From Octopus sinensis (taxonomy: Eukaryota), in contig NC_043020.1 in the NCBI RefSeq assembly GCF_006345805.1, forward strand, positions 11,222,001-11,286,000: DNA of 64,000 nt. The letters are read 5' to 3'. The notes beneath the pieces are model-generated. The model ran no database searches. It was given only the letters and a program-made list of their open reading frames with translations, and was not told the DNA's origin. Below, piece by piece: positions 61,487-64,000 of this stretch (position 1 is the stretch's first letter; each line of letters opens with the position of its first letter). The translations under genes were made by a program, and so were the position numbers.

Positions 61487-61900
61487 CTATTTCTTTACTA
61501 CCCACAAGGGGCTAAACACAGAGGGGACAAACAAGGACAGACAAAGGGATTAAGTCGATTACATCGACCCCAGTTCGTTACTGGTTCTTATTTTATCGAC
61601 CCCGAAAGGATGAAAAGCAAAGTCGACCTTGGCGGAATTTGAACTCAGAACTCAGCAGCAGACGAAATACCTATTTCTTTATTACCCACAAGGGGCTAAA
61701 GACAGAGAGGACAAACAAGGACAGACATGGGTATTAAGTCGATTACATCGACCCCAGTGCGTAACTGGTACTTAATTTATCGACCCCGAAAGGATGAAAA
61801 GCAAAGTCGACCTCGGCGGAATTTGAACTCAGAACTCAGCGGCAGACGAAATACGGCTACGCATTTCGCCCGGCGTGTTAACGTTTCTGCCAGCTCGCCG
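61487..61900 (-). mobile_element. SINE-C dimer
   Basis: One headed plus one headless unit; TSD ccttcctataggatacc. Confidence 0.9.
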
Positions 61901-62169
61901 CCTTCCTATAGGATACCATCTTTAGGAAGACAAACTAGGAAGGCAAGGGCGTCAGAAGTGACAGTGAATACTTCACCCTGCTGAACATCGCAAAGGGCCC
62001 CATCTAGTCGGCACTTACAGCCCAGGAACTGGAACGCTTGCTCACCCGACATCAAACCCACGAGATTGGTTGCCTGTGCTTGCTCGTGATTACACAGGCA
62101 TCCAAAACAATTAGCGAAAGCATGGGACCTATTACCAAATGATACACGTGTGCTAGTGACGCTTATGAT

Positions 62170-62179
62170 TTTACACACA

Positions 62180-62220
<41 letters not shown>

Positions 62221-62825
62221 GAGTACACATACACACACACTTACACACACACACACACACAGACGAGTACACACACACAGACAAGTACACAAACACAGAC
62301 AAGTACCCACACACACGAGTACACGCACGCGTGCACACATATGTTATATATGTGTGTATATATAATGTATATACACACATATATATATACATATATTTAT
62401 ATGTGTGTGTGTGTGTGTATTTGTATGTATGTTTGCATGTGTATATGTATGCAAGTATGTATGTACGCATGTTTGCATGTTTATGTGTATGTTTGTATGT
62501 ATGCATGCATGCATGCATGTATGTATGTATGTATGTATATATGTATGTATGTATGTATGTATGTGTGTATGTATGTATATATGTACGTATGTATGTATGT
62601 ATATATGTATGTATGTATATATTTATGTATATACGTATGTATGTATATATGTACGTTTGTATATACGTATGTATGTATGTATGTATGTATGTATGTATGT
62701 ATGCATGTATGTATGTATGTATGTATGTATATATGTATGTATGTATGTATGCATGCATGTATGTATATATGCATGTATGTATGTATGTATGTATGCATGT
62801 ATGTATGTATATATGTATGTATGTA
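62170..62825. repeat. (CA)n then (GTAT)n microsatellites
   Basis: Direct inspection. Confidence 0.95.
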
Positions 62826-63295
62826 TAATGTTGTTATATATGACATCATAATTGATGTCACTAGAAAATTGTTTCTTTTTTCTGATTTGAATTTTTTTTT
62901 TTTTTTCACTTTTTCCGAAAACGCCATTTACTAAGTAAAAGTAGTTTGGAGGAAAACATCGTAGCTGTCAAAAAGGAAATCCCGGAGCTTTCCAGTCTGT
63001 GGACGATCAACAAGGTCAGTCAGCATTCATCGAATCATTAATCCTTCAATTCATTGATTCAATCAATCCTCATATTTTGGTCAATCATTTGTCAAAGCAT
63101 CGTGTTAAAACAGTCTACGTGGTTAGTGTTCAGCTCTTATAATGTCTAAGCGCATCCCCTGATGCAAAACATTTGCCTATGTTGGAGCCAACCAACTCCA
63201 TCAGTTCTTAATTTCTTTAATGGGGACTTGTGTAGTTGAGAGGCGAGTGGTCACAGTAGTATTTGGTGGCATATAACACGTTTTTTCTTTCCAAA

Positions 63296-64000
63296 AGTTA
63301 AGTTAATTTTTTGGCTCAAAAAGCAAAAAGTAAGGCCATGTAGGGGGACATGGAGTTATGTACAGGGAGGGTGTTCATGCAAAGAGTTCAGGCCATTTCT
63401 GGTCAAGAGAAACTTTGAACCGAGCTGTCGTCGGCATCTTCACTATCTCGTCCGGCAGCTTATTCGACGGATCCGCAACCCGGACGGAGAAAGCCCCTCT
63501 CCTTCGATTGAGATGAAATCGTCGCAGATAGAGCTTTTCGGAGTGACCCCGCAGCCGACGCTCTGGAGCAAGAGTGAAGAACAGCTCTTTCGAGAGGTTT
63601 CTAAAGAAATAAATCACCCCTTGTAGATCCTATAAGAGAATTTGAACCTCCCATAAGCTAATATTACATGCTTTAACACACATAAAGCTTTTTTCTATTG
63701 GATATATGCACTGCAGAAATCGGGGTGCGTCTAATACGTCCGCTGGTCAAGAGAGACTTTGAACCAAGCGGTCGTCGGCATCTTCACTATCTCGTCCGGC
63801 AGCTTATTCGACGGATCCGCAACCCGGACGGAGAAAGCCCCTCTCCTTCGATTGAGATGAAATCGTCGCAGATAGAGCTTTTCGGAGTGACCCCGCAGCT
63901 GATGCTCTGGAGCAGGAGTGAAGAACAGCTCTTTCGAGAGGTTTCTAAAGAAAGTAAATCACCCCTGGTAGGTCCTATAAGAGAATTTGAGCCTCCCATA
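63296..64000 (-). mobile_element. Two tandem CR1 3' fragments (63296-63660, 63742-64000)
   Basis: Same family as 38068-38410; the second copy runs off the window. Confidence 0.88.

Overview
AT-rich eukaryotic non-coding DNA made almost entirely of nested mobile-element remnants and microsatellites. The repeat set resembles what I recall of octopus/coleoid genomes (inference, not database-confirmed). I found no host protein-coding exon, intact transposase or RT ORF, true tRNA/rRNA gene or CRISPR array. Most ORFs in the supplied track are microsatellite translations. Contents: tRNA-headed SINE families (working labels A, B, C, E) plus a headless RTE-tailed retroposon (D); RTE and CR1/L2-group LINE fragments; decayed mariner, Tc1/maT, Tigger/pogo, piggyBac and Chapaev-3-like transposons; non-autonomous Helitrons; and a MITE with 8-bp TSDs carrying TTAGGG tracts. 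Strongest lead: ~180-bp cassettes sitting in (TA)n tracts that carry minimal, dimer-type hammerhead-ribozyme motifs with family-specific core substitutions and a shared downstream TTCCTGAGCGT motif. Also notable: headless SINE tandem arrays, SINE tail swapping, a covarying LINE/SINE 3' stem-loop, local templated duplications and several long fold-backs. Some stretches (about 6-8.5 kb, 25.4-25.9 kb, 32.3-33.8 kb) show scattered 1-bp indels that may be assembly errors. Coordinates were counted by hand; element boundaries are approximate to a few bp unless a TSD is quoted.
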